This document shows positions 61,489 to 64,000 of a stretch of DNA of 64,000 bases, one piece after another; the stretch's first letter is position 1, and the number at the start of each line of letters is the position of its first letter. The position numbers were made by a program, and so were the translations under genes. The DNA comes from Tubulanus polymorphus. Its lineage: Eukaryota > Animalia > Nemertea. The DNA lies in NCBI RefSeq assembly GCF_964204645.1, contig NC_134029.1:10690850-10754849 (forward strand), read 5' to 3'. The notes below the pieces were generated by a model. That model worked only from the letters and a program-made list of their open reading frames with translations, was not told the origin of the DNA and made no database searches.

Positions 61489-63835
61489 TGGCCATAAGTT
61501 AATGTTTTTATTCCATCATCCAAAATATATCTCTTATCGTCAAATGGATTTAAACTAGTTTTTTTCAACTTCATTAATGTACATCTCGTGATCTTCTGAT
61601 CTTAAACAATTCATTTTATGTTTCATTACAATTGAGTTATATAAACACTTTATGTAATCTTGAAATTCTATATGTTTATCAACCATATGCTTTGTTATTC
61701 CTTTTAACTTTTTAGCTTCATGATCTTTTGTTCTATAACTATACATTTTACTTCTTATCCCAACAAATTCAATCATTTCATCACCCCCTAATTCATCTTT
61801 CAATTTACCAGGAATTTTCTTATTATCATTGCTAAATAATTCATGATCTTTTGGATAATTGCTAAAGTCAAAATGATGTTTTAATGTTTTCAAGCCTTTT
61901 GCTATGTCATTTGTCTTGATTTTTAGTATGTAGGCGTCCGTATTGACCGCTATTAATGGAAATCCACAGTTAAATGTTCCATCTTCAGTTGCTAAATCAT
62001 AAACATAATCTGTTGGGTTATATATTTCAAATAAATCTCTAACTTCTTCAGTCATTTCTTTTTCTGTGTGCCTTAAATTAAAAAATTTGGTTTAGATTTA
62101 ATTAATTCAATATTCATATTAAATCCTAATGAATTACATAGTATATTTAGCCCACTTATTGCACATTTTCCATTTGCGCAAATGTTATTACTGGAGAACT
62201 CGTAAATTTTTTAGCACCATATGCTGCGTAGAATCCAATGAAGAAGCATTTTCTAAAGATTATATTCTGCATTTAATACATAATCTGGCACTATCTTTTC
62301 TTTAGTTGAAGTATTACTTTTAACTATTGCATGAATATAGAATTCGTCATTATATTTTATAGTAAAGTCTTTAGGGTTATTTACAAATATTCTATAAACC
62401 GCTGATGATTTCATATCATCCACGATTCTAAATATTTTATGTGAATAAACTTCTTCACAGTATTTTATAATTCTTTCTAATAATTTCAAATCTTGGTTAC
62501 ATAAATACCAACTATATTTAGTTCCACTAACAGATTTATACACACCTGCTGAACCATCTCCCATAAAAAATCCTCTGATGAAATATTCTTTTTCTTCTAA
62601 TGTTTCGGGTTCTATATTATAAATATTATCAATTATTTCATCAAATGACATATGATTCATTCTTTGGAAAAATCTTTTATGCAATAATTCATCTCCAATT
62701 TTTATATCAGTTGGTTTTATTTCATCACCATTTTGTTTAATTAAACTATGGTCTTCAGTAATATCTACAAACCCTAATTTAGTTCTAACTCTATAAATTT
62801 TCTTATTTGTTTTATGTCTAATAATAATCTCTAATTTTTTCAATCCATTTCTTGTCCAAACATCCATTAATCCATTTATTTGTATTAATTCTTTTTCACC
62901 ATATGAAATATAATGTTCATTTTGTTTTGGAATTATTTTTGAAATTCTTCTAATTAATATTTGGTTATTGTATTTTAATAATATTGGGGTATCAGCTGTT
63001 ACAGAATCAAAATATAATATTTCAATATGCTTTTCCCCAAAAAGTGGTTGTAAAACATTATAATAAAAATCATACATTAATAATTTTGATATTTCTAAAA
63101 CAGTTGAACCAATGAATATAGGTTTTTTAAATTTCATTGACGTTCTTTTTAATTTTACCGCGGTTAAATAATCTTCAAATCTTTTATTTCCTAAATGTCT
63201 AGGACTTGATTGTAAATGTCTTAATCGTTCAGAATTATTCAATGTCATTTCTATTTCTAATATTTTCACATGTTTTTCCATAAAAACTATTATTCATTAA
63301 TTTGAAGAAATCTTTTCCAAAATCTGTTTTAGATATGGTTCTCTGTTGAGTATTAAAATCTATATATTTTTCTAACCACTTCGATTGATTAAATTCAATA
63401 TATCTATGTACTTTTATTTAATTTCATTCCTTGTTTTAGATAAAATTCTAACTTTCTATAATGAACAATATAATAGTATTTATAATTTTGCGTAAATATT
63501 AATTTTTCTGTAAAAACATGATCTTTCGGTTTTATTTTCTTCTGGTATTCACTTAAACAACTATCATCTACGGCTAAATGTTCTTGGCAATATGGTAAGT
63601 TTCTTGTTTTAAACTTTATGTTATCAGGATATTCTAAATCAACTACAAAGAAATAACCAATTGGTGCTTCATCTTTTAAACCCATAATTGCACTTTTTTA
63701 ATCAGCTTTATCATCATTTTCAACTTCTGTTTATATAAAATTTTTGTACGGTTTAGGTTGCATCATTGCCCTACCACATAAATTATTGGCGTCAATATAT
63801 AATAATTTATATTCATCATTTGCTTTAAAATGTCT
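61485..63835 (-). pseudogene. polB: Protein-primed PolB (3' part) with intein, frameshifted
   Basis: YIDANNL, KLMNNSFYGK, YFD-[intein]-TDA, RSKMYSY, KLKGI, DDKR. Confidence 0.92.
61942..63005 (-). mobile_element. Second LAGLIDADG intein allele at the same PolB site, with frameshifts in the 3' half
   Basis: SVTADTPI, ITEDHSL, FIRGFFMGDGS, FFIGFYAAYGA, VYDLATEDGTFN, terminal VN|T. Confidence 0.93.
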
Positions 63836-64000
63836 GTCGTAGCTCGGTCCCGATTGACCGAGATTGGCCTCTGATCAACCTTAGGGCGGGAGAGCCGACG
63901 AACAAATACCGCACTCCACTCCTCACCTACGTTCCGATTCCGCAGGATGCTGTCGCAACGTTCTTCAAGACCCTTCCCTCGATCCAGTGAACAAAAGGAA
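63835..64000. mobile_element. Start of an unrelated insertion (possibly an LTR) disrupting polB
   Basis: Abrupt GC rise and loss of polB homology just before motif A; begins TGTCGTAG. Confidence 0.5.

Larger units (their letters stand above)
49451..63835 (-). mobile_element. Polinton copy 3: divergent subfamily, degraded, no termini visible
   Basis: Homologs of nearly all copy 2 genes; begins mid-gene against the BEL fragment; polB interrupted by unrelated GC-richer sequence at ~63835. Confidence 0.92.

Overview
Eukaryotic (probably invertebrate animal) transposon-dense region with no recognisable host gene. It holds three related, very AT-rich Polinton/Maverick (adintovirus-like) endogenous DNA viruses. 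Copy 1 (1-6559) is the right half only. Copy 2 (25671-42921) is end-to-end, bounded by AGTAATA.. termini and a 6-bp TSD CATAGC. Copy 3 (~49451-63835) is more divergent, rearranged and interrupted. They encode protein-primed PolB, rve integrase with chromodomain, packaging ATPase, major and minor capsid-like proteins and several membrane proteins, but no visible cysteine protease. Main result: PolB of copies 2 and 3 carries a ~354-aa LAGLIDADG intein in catalytic motif C (YFD|TDS), while copy 1 has the empty allele, and flanking residues suggest homing with co-conversion. Most genes start in a T-run + 6-8 nt + TAAATG context like poxvirus late promoters, copy 3 has a VLTF3-like gene, and the right termini are long covarying hairpins. 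Together these suggest a virophage-like element dependent on a large cytoplasmic DNA virus (inference). The rest is a foldback element, a split esterase-ORF1/APE-RT LINE, an apparently intact MULE, a Harbinger, a deleted BEL/Pao element, two solo LTRs and MITEs. All family calls come from motif recognition by eye; no database search was run.
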